Assembly: GCA_951406725.2 (NCBI GenBank)
Contig: OX597830.1
Location: forward strand, 5,518,001 to 5,582,000
Direction: 5' to 3'
DNA length: 64,000 nucleotides
From: Octopus vulgaris
Taxonomy: Eukaryota
Below are positions 29,229-43,766 of the stretch, piece by piece. The notes under the pieces were generated by a model, which had not been told where the DNA came from, searched no databases, and saw only the letters and a list, made by a program, of their open reading frames with translations. The number at the start of each line of letters is the position of its first letter. Positions within the stretch are counted from its first letter, which is position 1. Made by a program: the position numbers and the translations under genes.

Positions 29229-29784
29229 ATGCCCTGATGCAGTACCAGGCAGTGGCTCTCATGGCTTCTGATCTTAACTGATTGGAAGTGTTATCATGTA
29301 CATTGTTTTGTCTTGGTATAAAAGATGGGCTACAGCAAATATTCTGCTCAATACCACAGATTTGCTTGTCAGTTGTTTGACCTTAACCAGTTGAGCATGT
29401 CCCTTAGTGGCTGACGATATGTGCATCTCTGATCACGAGCAGAAGTAGTGGGGGAGCATCATAGCCATGTGTTGAGAGGGCTTGTTTGGGGTTTGAATAA
29501 TTCACCTCTGGAAACATGGGTGGTTCTTTCAACATCCTTAAACAACCCTTATTCAGGGACCTTTTGAGCGGGATGGGCTACTCAACCTGAAGAAAATTCT
29601 AACAGGGCCCCACCTGCAAGGTCATGTGCTGTTTATCTTGATATGAGATCACCATGTCGCGCACATATGGTTGTGATGCATGTGCCTGGTGTACCTTTAT
29701 CAGACGGGTAGTCATGATGGGTATATTGGGCTTCGTATATTTTACCCCAGTGTCACTTTGATGGCATGCACTGCTCTCTCACTC
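29229..29784 (+). mobile_element. 556-bp non-coding (TAA)n-associated element, copy 1
   Basis: ATGCCCTGATGCAGTACC...CTGCTCTCTCACTC, nearly identical to 43765-44320 and the reverse complement of 61117-61661; (TAA)n on both sides. Confidence 0.92.
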
Positions 29785-29839
<55 letters not shown>

Positions 29840-29846
29840 TAATGAT

Positions 29847-29884
<38 letters not shown>

Positions 29885-29889
<5 letters not shown>

Positions 29890-29951
29890 AGATAGATAGA
29901 TAGATATATAGATATATAGATAGATAGATAGATAGATAGATAGAAAGATAA

Positions 29952-30002
<51 letters not shown>
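29885..30002. repeat. (GATA)n microsatellite
   Basis: Direct reading. Confidence 0.95.
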
Positions 30003-30682
30003 TGCATATATTAGTACAGGATATCACCTGTGTAAACAACATGAAATACGTAGACAAATGAGATAAATGCGTAAACAACGAGAGCAGAGAAAGTAAACAC
30101 AGAAATGACCTTTAATCAGTTGACGGCTGAATATCTACTCCTCATTTTGAGCATTCAATGACATATTTGTATATATGTGTACGTATATAAACATACATAT
30201 AAAACTGGCTTCCACACATTGTTTGCATCTACCGATTTCACTCAAAGTCACTGGTAGGCCCAGGGCGATAATTGTAGAAATTATGTAGTAGAACTGAACA
30301 CAATACCATGTGATTTCAAAGCGAAATTCTTAAACCCATAACTAATCGTAAGCGAATAATAAGACCTTCGAGTCTTTTAGTGTCTTTTATAGCCCTTTTG
30401 GAGAATTTCCACCTTTTCAAACATTAAAGTCTTGTCTGTTCACTGAAGAGACTTGGAAAAGGTTTAGCTAAAGCTTTCGAAATATCATTTCTTGTAACAT
30501 ATCTATTTTTTCCGTTTCCTTGATCCTCTTGGGTACTTTATATAAATGATCGGACGATCTTTCTCAGAACAAGAAGGAAAACTTCATCTGGAAAATACAA
30601 TTTCATAAAATATCGATGTGTGTGTGTATTAATTTACACACACACACAAATACATACATACATATATATATATATTTTTTTT

Positions 30683-31064
30683 TTTTACTTGTTTCAGTCA
30701 TTTGACTGCGGCTATGCTGGAGCACCGCCTTTAATCGAGCAATTCGACCCCGGGACTTATTCTTTGTAAACCCAGTAATTATTCTATCGGTCTCTTTTGC
30801 CGAACCGCTAAGTGACGGGGACGTAAACACACCAGCATCGGTTGTCAAGCAATGCTAGGGAGACAAACACATACACACATATATATATATATATACATAT
30901 ATATACGATAGGCTTCTTTCAGTTTCCGTCTACCAAATCCACTCACAAGGCATTGGTTGGCCCGGGGCTATAGCAGAAGACACTTGCCCAAGATGCCACG
31001 CAGTGGGACGGAACCCGGAACCATGTGGTTGGTAAGCAAGCTACTTACCACACAGCCACTCCTG
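30683..31064 (-). mobile_element. SINE family A, full-length well-preserved copy
   Basis: Reverse complement of 14277-14662 with few differences. Confidence 0.92.
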
Positions 31065-31575
31065 TATATATATATATGGCTGTGTTTTGACGTTTTCCGC
31101 CTTGTAAAGGTAATAATAGCCCTATTTTCTGCTGTTTTTACGGCGATACTGCCTTCGGAATATCACTTTCTTGTCGGCATCGTACGATACACAATCGACG
31201 CTTTTAAAATCATAAATAAGTATGTTTATAAACACACATTGTCGTTACATATGCATACATATATATACATACATATTCATGTATATATGTAAGTACGTAT
31301 ACATGTAAGTACGCATGTATGTATACATATATATATAAATACACGCCCACCTCCATACACACATGCAAATATATTAAGTGTATATATAACAATTCGTGTA
31401 TAATGACTGCATGATGGCGGGCGCGAACGTGTCTGTGTTCTTGCATATACTGTGTCTGCGTGTATATGTTTGTGTGTTAATGCTTGTGCATGTATGTATA
31501 TATGTATACACACGCGCCCACATAGACACACATATGTAAGGTAATTAGCTGCGCAATAAACACCGTTGCACTCTG

Positions 31576-31663
<88 letters not shown>

Positions 31664-33079
31664 TGCGTGGTTTTTTTTTTTTTTGTGCGTGCATGTGAGT
31701 TTGGGGCTTGCTAACTTCCTGCACTAGGGTCCCTGGATTTACCCTTCTATAAATATGTATAAATGTGTGCGTGTGTGTGCGTGCGTGCGTGCGTGTGAGT
31801 GTGTATATATATGTATACCTATCGTGTACCGCATTGTGTGTATATGTCTGTAATTTTGACACATCAAGTGAGTAAATTGTAAGAAAATAAAATGTGCATT
31901 GACGCGTAAAAATGCACTCCATTTTTTTTTATAGTAACAAGTAATGCCGTTCTCTTGTCGTTGCTGTTGTTGTTATTGTTGTTGCTTTTGATGTCTTCCC
32001 GTTGCTCTTGCTACGCTTATTGCTATTTTATAATCGACTGTAACCGGATACGTATCCTATAATAATTTACCATATTTGTATTATAAAGAAATTTGCTGAA
32101 ATTCATCTCTTTTTTACCTCCTCCTCCTTCTCCTCCTCCCTCTCCTCTGTCTACTCTTCTTCCTCCTCCACCTCCTCCTCCTCCTCCTCCTCTTCTTATC
32201 TTCCTTGTTCTCTTATTTCTCCTGTTTCCCCTTCTATTCTTCTCCTCCCCATTCTTCAAGAATATTTAATCGCATTCTTCAGCCAATATCAGCCAAAAAT
32301 GGTAAAACAGAATACAAGCACATATACATGCGTGTGTTAGTGTGTCTGTGTGTGTGAGTGTGTGTGTATGTGTGTGTGTGAGTGTGTGTGTATGTGTGTA
32401 TATAAATATATGCACATAATCTATATACATACATATATGTGCATATATATATATATATGTATGTATATATATATATATATATATATACACATACATCTAT
32501 ATACATGCATATATGTGTATATATATATATATGTGTGTGTGTGTGTGAGTACGTAAGTATGTATGTATGTATAAACATATGCAGAAATACGCTCATGACC
32601 TCCATCTTACAATCAATATATACAAATTGCAATATACATGTAAAATATGTACAGATGTATATATATATATATGTATATATATATGTATATAGACACACCG
32701 CAGTCACACATTTGTATAAATGGGCCGTCGCTGCATCAGAGGTGCATTATAAATATATGCATAAATTCCAGCAGATGAATAATGGACGGACTAACGAGAA
32801 TGACATGGAGGCCATTAAGTATGGATCCAGGTCGTCATGAATCGACGAAGAATATCGTCTGAGACGTCACTTGTTTCAGCGGTCGGCCAGGAAATATGCA
32901 GAGGCGGCGACTACGACGACGACAACAGCGATAACACCACCACCAACAACTTCTTCTACAACAACAATATTAACTTCAGTAAACACCAATCATTATAACA
33001 CAAACACACACACATATACATACTCACGCGAAGATACACATATACACATATATGTTTGTTCACACGCACAAACACACTC

Positions 33080-33117
<38 letters not shown>

Positions 33118-33987
33118 ATGTGTGTGTATACATTTCATAGACGTATTTATCTCTCAAAGAAAGTTAACTGGAATATCACAGACCAATTTGTTTAGGAATA
33201 CTGCCTAATTAAGAACGCATTAGTTCTAACACAGACGTACACACACATGCAGACAATCATAAACACAGGTGTATATATGAATGCGTATATATATGTATGT
33301 ACGTATGTATGTAAATCTATATATGTAAATAAATATACACATGTATATATATATGTGTGTGTGTGTATGTGTGTGTATTCTTTTTTTCAAAATGTACTCA
33401 ACTTGATTTCAGCATTGTTTTAATTTTGAACCCATATTTTTGTTGTTTTACTTCAGTTCAGAATCATTTCGCCGTTTCGGGTTTTCATTTTTCTTCCGCT
33501 TTTCTTTTATTACACTTCCACTATGGCGATGTAGAACGCCTGTTGAATTAGCGCCGAAATTTATTTTTTTAATTTTTTATTTTGTTAACTATTTCCGTGA
33601 GAACTTTATAGAGTTCGAAATGCGACACCAAAATCGGACAGGAAGTTCAATATATCCAGAAATGAATTTTAAAAAAAATTAAGTCTTAAGTCAATTTCAA
33701 AATAGAAAAGAGTTCAACAGAGTCTGCGTTGGATTTAAATATAAATGAAAATGACGACTGGAAGAATGAAAAGAACCGAGAAAGAAAGAATGTGAACCAA
33801 TTTTCGAAACAATAATAATTCCTGATAGGAGAAACGGAAAATGGACCGCGTACAGACTTGAGTTTCTCAACGTGAGGCGTAGCTATATTTTTTGAGGGGC
33901 GTTGGACTTTAGAATGAGGCGTGAGAAAGTAAAAAAGAAATATAACTAGTAATAAATTTTCATTCAAACTTCTTTTTGTGCGTACGC

Positions 33988-34018
<31 letters not shown>

Positions 34019-34555
34019 AGAAAAGTACAGATACATACATATACATACAAACACATATACATTCATGCATGCATATATACATACATGTTTGTATATATGT
34101 ATGAATGTATCAGTATGTATATATATATATACACACGTATACATACATATATACATATATATATATAAGCATACATACACATACACATATATATATATAA
34201 ATATATGTACACACACACGCATATATACATACAATACTGGGTACGTCAAAATCCAGCGACAATTTTCAAGTTGATATCCGAATGATAACTTCAACGTTAG
34301 TGCCGTAGAATTTTAATGCATGTTTCAGTGTATATTTGTATGATGTATATGTATTTACACTTATGGATGTGCATGCTTACGCGTATATATTTTCCTGCGG
34401 TTTCTTTTACAAATTTCTCCTTGCCGGAGAAAGGATTGGTTTCGCCTCTAGAAGCGAAGCTGTTTCACTGGAATTTGGACATCAGTAATGGAATTTGTAA
34501 GCATTTATGTACGTGTGTACGTTTGTTTATATCTTTATTTTTTACCTTCTATTTT

Positions 34556-34862
34556 TTTCTGTCATTGAACTGCGGCCATGCTAGGGCACCGCCTTGAAGG
34601 AAATTAGTCGAATGATTAGACCCGGGTACTTATCTATTTTTCAAGCTTGATACTTTGGCTAACGGTGGAAGGGGGTGGGGGCAAAAACAGACACATAGAC
34701 GGCAGGCCTCTTCGAGTTTTCGCCTACCAGATCCAGTCACAAGGCCTTGGTCGGCCTGTGGTTAAAGTGGAAGACAATTGCCCAAGGTGCCATGCTGTGC
34801 GATAGGTCCCAGAACCATGCGGTTGGGAAGCGGGCTTCTTACCACACAACTACACCTATCCC
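34556..34862 (-). mobile_element. SINE family A, degraded
   Basis: CTGCGGCCATGCTAGGGCACCGCCTT, CACAAGGCCTTGGTCGGCC and TTGCCCAAGGTGCCA blocks collinear with 30683-31064. Confidence 0.8.
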
Positions 34863-35181
34863 TATATATACAAATGTATGTATGTATGTACGTATGTATG
34901 TATGCATGTGTTTCGTTTCCTGCTTGGACTTTTAAAATTTATTTCGACCGTCCACAGCCTCGATGACTTTTCTTTTCCCTTTGCTAATTGACGATTCACC
35001 CTTGAAATTTCTTGAGGGTAAACTATTCCTTTTTTTCTCCCAGCTATCATGGCGAACTGCAGCGAATGGTTTAGAGGCTTATTTCTTTGGATTACTGTAC
35101 CTGTGTATGGATATGTGAGTGCATGTATATATTTTGGCATTTATTTATATATCTATGCATGGCAACGTGTGTGTGCGTATA

Positions 35182-35686
35182 CGAGATGGGATCAAAAAGT
35201 TCGGGTTTTTTTGTTATGGTAACGAAGATAATGTGCGCGGAATGAAACCGGTAGGCACATATTGACCTTGCACTCTTTCTCGTATGCACACACTAAGTTA
35301 TAACGTTCTGTCTCACTTCCCTTGGAAGTAAAGTGTGTAGAGTGTGGTCTTCTCTAAAAGGAGATCGGGTTTCAGCTGCACCGGATCTCCTTTGTTGTGT
35401 CGAGGAAGACGAAAAGTTTTTCAAAACGGTCATAGCGAGTCAATGGCTATGAACCCAAATCAAGGCTCAGGCTCCGTAGTGGAAAACATCAAAATTTTAA
35501 GACGTTGAATTAATCCTAGGGACAGCGACGAGGAGTCCCAGGAATGCTTCCGTAATTGCACATGACGCAGGATAACGTACGTGGTTTGAGATGGAGACTT
35601 CTCTAACGGAGGCTGCATGACCAATTGATAAGTCTTACAGTTTTCACTTTATAGCAGCATCACCAATACTTTTTGATCAGATCTTC
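35182..35686 (+). mobile_element. Internally deleted mariner-like DNA transposon (MITE-sized)
   Basis: Imperfect TIRs CGAGATGGGATCAAAAAGT / ACTTTTTGATCAGATCTTC, TA on both sides; 35540-35605 reads QECFRNC..R..YV..GDF, like a mariner transposase C-terminus. Confidence 0.7.
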
Positions 35687-36333
35687 TATATATGTGTAGA
35701 CCAAAATTTGTGTGTGAGTACGAGGTGGGAGTGGGGGGTTCTTTGCTTCTGTGCGATATATGAAGTATCCCCAGATGTAATTAAGATCTGCAACGCAAGA
35801 GTATATTGTTTATTTCTTGCTAAATATAGACAGTAATTGAACATCAATGGAATTCGATTAACTATCGATATTTACTTACAGAAAACACACCACGTTTTTG
35901 AGTTCTTAAAGATACATATTGTGTGACAAGGAGGCTGCTGTTCCGTCCGTAACGGCTGTGTTTAAATCAAATAGATTCTGATTGTGTTGAAAAGAAATTT
36001 GGAAAAAATATATATCCAATCCTTAACTTGTATCTTTCCTGGTGTGAGCGGAGTAAAAACGTGATAAGTTTTTTAGCGGTAAATATGGGAGGAAGAAGTT
36101 ATATGAAGTGAATATAGATTCACTTGTTAAACCTTGTGAGAGGAGATTTATAAACGGGTATATATGTTTATGACTTCGTGTATTACTGTGTATGTGGTGT
36201 GTGTGTGTATAATTGATATATATATATATATATATATATGCATGTGCATGTGCGTGTAGATGAAAAATCATAGAGTGGTAAATATACGTGTTTATATATA
36301 CCCATCGCATATAAATAAATGTATATAAACACG

Positions 36334-36395
<62 letters not shown>

Positions 36396-39300
36396 TACAT
36401 ACAGTTATATATATATATCTGTATATGTAAGTATGTATACACACACTTATCTATGTATCTCCCTATCTATCTGTGTTTATGCGTATGTTTGTATGTATAT
36501 ATGAATGTGCATGTCTGCTTACGTGTAGGTGTGTATGTGCGTACGTGTTGGTAATCTTTACCTTCTTTCGACTGTGTATAAATCATATTTACCTATATAT
36601 ATAACTATATACATACATACATATATATATATATGCATATATTCATGTATATACATATGTATGTTATATATATATATATATATATATGTGTGTATGTAAG
36701 TATGTACATATGCATGTATGTATGCATGTATGCATGTGTAGGTGTTTGTATGTTTGTGTATGTATACGAATGTGGCATTATCTACACATAACAGTCTTGG
36801 AGGTTGATTTGCTAGCGAAATAATATCAGCGTCACAATAGGAATTTGTAAAGAAAACTTAACATATTTGCTCCAACTTTACTAGTCTGTTTCTATAGAAT
36901 GGCCGCTCTATAATGGGAAATCTATGGACCAAACATAAATGCTGTTTTTATTATATTACATCCACAATCAAAAAGAGAACATTTATAGATTTATGTCTCC
37001 TCCTCTGGGACTATGAGATTTTCTTTTAGTCGTTTCTAGAAATTATCCTGTTTGGCTGCGAAGAAATAATACATGATTGTGTTGGAAGCATCAGTAAAGA
37101 AACGGTGCCATCTTGGAAGTAATTAAATATTTGGCTACGTCTTTCAATGAAATGGTTTCATTGAACAATGGCTATTCTACTTACTAATAGTAATTCTGTA
37201 AAGAACCCCTGCAAATTCCCTTTGTGCTTCATTTAAAGCAATACCAGTGGAAAACGATATAGATTTATTGGAATTAAAATGTTATGAAGATCTTTGGTTC
37301 CTTGTTTGTTCTAAACACAAGGCACTGATTTTCTAAAGTATGGAAGTACATACTTAAGAATGTCAGACGATTTTCAATAGGGAAGAAATTACAGACCAAC
37401 AAATAAAACGGTTGGCGGAAAGCAATATGGAGACGCCTTTCAGGAAAATTGCCCATACAAATCGATATTCAAACTCGACGCAAGATTTATTTCTTCAGCG
37501 GTTTTTCTCATTCTCCTAAAATGAACCATATTAATTTTCGCCTGCATCCCTCTCTAGTTATTCAATAGAAAACTTTTCTTTGTATTTATAAACAACGAAA
37601 CAACCATGCGATAATTTGCATCTCGAAAAACTATCACAAATTGTAGACTAATAATTTTAAAATCAATCTTATATAAATTTATGCTAACGATATTGCTTTT
37701 TGTTATTTTTTTTCGGTTTATCGATATTTAGCTCTATAATTCAGTATGTAATCTTTAAATGAAAAGCCTCTCACCATTAACTACTATAAACGTCTAATTA
37801 AGGTTGTCATTAAAATCTAGTATGTTTGTATTACATACAGTTTAACACGTCTACTGTATTTACACTCTATGGAGAAAATGATACATGCATACTAACTACT
37901 TAAGGACGAACTTCCCCTGGCATCCAGGAGAATAGATTTTCTGTTGTCAGTTTATTATTAAATTACTATTCCGCCTAATATTTTTTCTATAAAATCTTAT
38001 ACTCTCTCTTACCAGTCGATATGCTTATCTCTACTTCCAGCGCTCTAAGGATGACCTCGAATAAGATCGAAATTTACACAGAGTTATCATTGTACTGTAG
38101 TATACTAGAATCATTCTCGATTCTGTTCTGTTCTAAATTAAATCTAATAATATGTATAAATCCAAAGAAGGATTGCTTCCTACCTAACAGCATTAAAATT
38201 ACTCTTTTAGATAATTCTTTTCTTCATTAAAATAAACCATTTACTTTTAATTAGTAGAAATGTCTTCACTAAATCAAAATTATTAGCGCTTAATATGCCG
38301 TCATTTATGCGGTAGACATCCACATGTATAATTTTTAACCCTTCTACCTGTTAAAGAAATAAATGAAATAGTAACGTAATTACAGATTTGATATCATTTT
38401 TGAATCCTTTTTTTAAAAATTATTCCTGTCTTGGGAATTATTCCACGGCACGGCTTCTTGAGAAAACCAATTTTATCCCAGTCTAGAGTACTTTTTCTGC
38501 CACATCTGGTCTGATTTACGAGACGATCTTCTCTTTAATACAGTATTTGTAGCAAATAATACACAGCAATATTCTCTCTTACTTTTCATTAATAAAATGG
38601 AATGAAAAACTTTTTTATTTCCTCTTTCGAGCTGTATGTTTTAATAATATCCAACGAAATATCTAAATACTTTACAAGGGACTCACTATTAACTGATGTG
38701 ATTTCATATCAGCATTCAAACTATTCCCTCTTATTAAATATTCCATTAATTTCCTTTTCATCGCAGGTCACCAAACGCACTTGATGTTTGCCATTTTCTT
38801 TTTTCACTGTCTAAATAATAATTCATTTCTCTGCAATTAAGCTACTGAACCAAAATATTAAATGGCGTTAGAAATTGCTGTGTAATTATTATTATTATTG
38901 TTGTTGTTGTTGTTGCTTTTGTTGTTGTTGTTGCTGTTGTTATTCATATTTCATTCCATGTTTCTGTTTGCTATAATTCACTGAAATTGTTATTAATTTT
39001 CCCCAGTCTTAATGTACATATGTTGCCACCGTTCTTTAGTTTCATAAATTGATTTTCGTGTACCAATTTGGTTCCTTTCTCGACTGATTTCATCTTCGCA
39101 ATTAATTATTTGCTCAACGCAAAGTAGCAATAACACAACACAGCAACAATGACAGCAGAAGTAAGTACAATGACAACAACACCAACAACAGCAACAACAA
39201 CAACAACAACGATGACAGCAATAGCAACTACTATATCAAGAACAGCAACCACTTTAACACCAAAACCGAAAATGAAAATGTCTAAATATGAATAGAATTT

Positions 39301-40749
39301 AGAAAAGTATGTCTCCCATCCAAACACATTTCAATAAAATAAATATAACAATATGTCTGAAATTATTATAATCATAATATTATTCTAAGCCGACGTTTAT
39401 GGCAAAATAAGGAATCACAAGAATGGTTTCACTTTTTGGAAATATTTCCCAAAATATTTTCTCATTATTTACCTCACGAAACCCAGGTGTGTGTTAATTA
39501 GTCAAAAAGTACTTAATGTAATTGATTTCAAAAAAGCTAATAGCTATATAAATATAATCATATAATAAATGAAACAATATTGATCAATGGTTAGTTATTA
39601 TTAAAAGACATCGGGAGTCTGTTGCAAATGTATTTCAGTATTATGAGGCCTCCTTAGCGAATTGATGCTACCGTACTAATCGAAATAATGATAAAATAGT
39701 TAACTAATTAAATGCAAAATATTGTATGCAAGTAGCTGTGAATAATTAGCATATTTAAAAGCCATGGCTCAATGAAGGAAATGACTCAGTGATGCCATCT
39801 GCATGAGACACAGTAGTTAAGCTTGTGTAGTTACTAGTTTATATAATTAATATCAAATCACATCATATATTACTTAAGATTTCAATCTATTCAAGGAGAT
39901 CATGAGTTCTGATGTCGCTGGTTTGTTGTTGTTGCTTGTGGTGTTTGATCATTGACTAAAGCGACTAATGATCAAAGACTTTGAGATTGCCATCATAAAT
40001 CTTTTGAAACATAGAATATGTCTAGGAATGACAACATTATCCTTGATAAATGCATTTTCTCCTTTTGAAGACAGTATGGTTTCGTGTTCAGTGAGATATG
40101 GCTGCTATTTCTAGGAGGTCGAACCTCTACGCAGATACTCGTTTGGTCGCTTAAGAGATTAATCTGTTGTGCTTTGTGGTAAGAGACCTTATCATGAACC
40201 TTTCTACGTAAGAGAGAGATCTTTGAGACAAGCCTGATTATGATTGATTAAATGATCAAAGAGAGACACAGCTAAAGGGAAATCAAAGCAACTCTATGTG
40301 ATATCTTCTACTTTATTCTTCCGGTACAGCAGAATAGAAGGAAATTCATCTTGTGTAATAATTAAATGTTATTTCTCTTTAAAAGTTCCCACAAAGGATG
40401 AAAAACAAATAGAAGTCGGATCAATATGTGTTCCTACTTTTTTGTTCGAAAGAATTAAGAAACATTTACAATAAAGCAGAATAAGACACTAATTTGGCTA
40501 CGGATTTGGTAGGAATAATGTAATAGAAAGCCGCCAATTTCATGCATAACCAACTACAGATTTCATTTGGTTTGTTCTTATAGCTGCAGGAAAAACTGTC
40601 GTCTGCAATGTTTGCTGAGTCACAAATAATGACAGAAGGAAGAAAAAATAATAAAGCGAGTAATAATGAAAATAATACGAATGATGATAACAATGATGAC
40701 AGAAGTAGTGGTAGTAGAGGTAGTGGTGATAGTAGTAGTAGCTTCTGTT

Positions 40750-41075
40750 TAGAAACTGACCGCACTGTTGAAGCAAGGAGACCGAACATGATCGTAGAGG
40801 ATACAAAAAGGCCAACAGAAAGTGTAAGATCATAGACACTTTGCAATACTGCGTAATAATGGTCTGGATATGAAAGGAATTGAGAAAAATAAGAGAAATA
40901 TCAAGATTTTCCCAGAGAGATGAAGAGGTTGTCGAAAAAGACATTGACATTATTCCAATGGGAATTGGTGCATTTGCACAAAACCCAAACTGCTTGGATA
41001 TTGGAACAGAGGCACGGATTGTGGATCTGCAGAAAAATGTCAGCCTATTCTCTGCAGGAATACTAAGGAATATTC
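40750..41075 (+). mobile_element. Highly degraded RLE-domain fragment of an R4/Dong-like LINE
   Basis: ETDRTVEARRPNMIVED, EKIREISRF, DIIPMGIGAF and LQKNVSLFSAGILRNI parallel the RLE region of ORF 47036-47851. Confidence 0.65.
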
Positions 41076-41147
41076 ATGTGATTTATCACCAAATTGCAGA
41101 ATAATATTCCTACTAAATTAGCAATACTAATAGTGATAATAATTCAT

Positions 41148-41272
41148 TCTAGCATAGGCACAAGGCCTGAAATTTTGGAGTAGGTGTCAGGTCGATTAGA
41201 TCCACTCCAGTCGGCGGAATTTGAACTCGGAACGAAAAGACAGACGAAATGTCGTTAAACATTTTGCTCGTC

Positions 41273-41273
<1 letters not shown>
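41148..41273 (-). mobile_element. SINE family B, internally deleted
   Basis: GGCGGAATTTGAACTCGGAACG (B box on minus strand) and AGGCACAAGGCCTGAAATTTTGG tail shared with 63119-63268. Confidence 0.7.
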
Positions 41274-41512
<239 letters not shown>

Positions 41513-43020
41513 TAGCAAGGTATGAAAAGCGCATTAGATTCTTCAAGGACAACGTTAAAAATAACCCTAAAAGTTTTTACAGGAAGATAGGGAAAATACC
41601 TTTTACAGTAAAGACTGTTCCATCAAAAGAAGAAGTGCAGGAATTTTGGAATAAAATTTGGACAGAGTGAGAAAACAGGCCCCTTCCTATGACTTTACCG
41701 AGGAGAATTAAGAATGTACTCGTAATAAAATTAAATAGGGGAGCATCATTAAAGTCATGAATGCACGGTCTATGCCAATACTAAGTTACTCTGCTCACTT
41801 TGTGAAATAGACAAAGATCGAGTTGCAGAACTAGAAGGCTGCTAACAATGCTCTCTCGCCTGAAAGCAATATCAACCGTGTCTGTCTGCTAAGAAAGGAA
41901 TGTAACAGAGGATTGCTAAACGCAGAAGACACTGTTAATACTGCGGCGCTGGATCTGAAGAATTATATCGTGCGGAGTAAAAGAGAACAATACTATCGGC
42001 CGTCAGAGATACCCAAAGTGTTACTGAAACAGTGAGAGAATTCAAGGAGAAAAGGAAGGACAGCAGAACAAACAAATAAAATGCAATGGAACTGCATGGC
42101 CAATTTATGCAAAAAACTGAAAATGTTGGAAGTGATACCTGTTGCATTTAGTCAACGGACGGGAACTTGAAACGAGAGACTGAAATGCTAATTATAGTCA
42201 CTCAGGAACACGCCCTTAGAATGGCAAAATTCGACAAAACTCAGACAACAAATGTAGAATCTTTAGGAAAAGAGACGAAAGTATCAATCACGTTTTAAGT
42301 CGCACAAAATGAGTATAAGCGCAGGCATGACTGTATAGGCAAAGGAGAGCATTGGGGTGTTAGCTGAGTGTATGGCTTTAAATAACACAAAAGTGGTATG
42401 AACATGAACGAGAGGCTATGCTAGAAAATGAGAATAACAGTATGTTTGAGGACTGGCCATGCTACTGAAGCAAGCTGATTAATATAATCATAGAGGTGAA
42501 AAAAAAGAGCAAGATTGTAGATTTTGAAATTCCCTATGATAGCAGAATCGATACCGAAGAAATTTAAAAAATTGAGAAATATCAGGAAATAAGGGTTTGA
42601 AACTGAAAGAACTTGGTATAATAATCGGGTTGGAAGGGTGCTTGAGTAAAAAAAAAATGCAAAATATTATGGGATTTTTCAATTCAAACGGATAAGAATA
42701 ATTAACCAATTAAAATAATAAACCAGATATAATAATAAACAAGGGAAAGCGAGTTTGCCCAATGATTGATTCAACATGTCCGTTTGATTCCAGAATTGTA
42801 AAGAAAAATGAAAATGTAAAAAATACTATCCCTGTAAATTTGAAATAACGAGATTTTGGAATATGAAAACCGTAAAGGTTGCGCCTGTAATAATTGGTAA
42901 ATTAGAGAGAGTTAGTAATGATTTAGACCAATGGTTAAAGGAGATTGCAACGGAATATCCTGTAAAGATTCTACAGAAAGTTTGCCTCTTAGAAAAGATT
43001 TTCAGGAGGATTTGAGCATT
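41513..43020 (+). mobile_element. Degraded R4/Dong-like LINE lacking the RT core, followed by a second RLE fragment (~42700-43020)
   Basis: 41513-41670 ARYEKRIRFF..NPKSFYRKIG..PSKEEVQEFWNKIW matches ORF 45155-45580. From ~41690 it continues with post-RT motifs (ELHGQF, GNLKRETE..QE, YKRRHD, KWYEHE). Confidence 0.75.
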
Positions 43021-43051
43021 TGAAAGATTATCGAAAATTTGAGGATACCTA

Positions 43052-43529
43052 CGAGGTAGCATGAAGACGTTCGCGGATTAGTTCTGTAGCGCACCTATCG
43101 ATGGAAGCACACGGTTGCACGCGCAGTGGTCTTCATAACGCAGGCATTCGGCAAAAGCGATCGGATCTGTGGGACACGAAGCGTTGAATTCGACAATGTA
43201 CCCTGCCACCAAGCTTCCCTTACCGGCGCATTACTCGCCGAAAACAACCGGTTATCGCTTCTGCACCCTCCCTAATCGCCAGATTTAATACCTGCGGACT
43301 TCCATTTCTTCCCCAAGATGAAAATGCAGCGCACAGATTGCTGTTTCATTATCGTTGTCGAGATCCAGATCTGGAAAATGACTTCCCGGCCAGATGCCAA
43401 AAGTGGCAGGAAAGCAGAGACCGTTGTATTGCTCATCAAGGTGACTATTTCGAAGGAGAGGATTTTGAAACGTAGGTAAATAATAGTCACTAAACATAAC
43501 TAGTCCTGGAACTTTTTGATATCATCACG
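43052..43529 (+). mobile_element. Internally deleted mariner-like DNA transposon
   Basis: TA-flanked imperfect TIRs; remnants DNVPCH, HPP*SPDLIPADFHFFPKMK (YSPDLAP motif) and KWQESRDRCIAHQGDYFEG. Confidence 0.85.
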
Positions 43530-43604
43530 TACAGTTATAGATAATAGCCTGCTACCCACATAAAATTTACCAGGAATAACAACAAACCTGTATCAAATCG
43601 AATA

Positions 43605-43692
<88 letters not shown>

Positions 43693-43709
43693 TAATAACA
43701 ATAATAATA

Positions 43710-43764
<55 letters not shown>

Positions 43765-43766
<2 letters not shown>

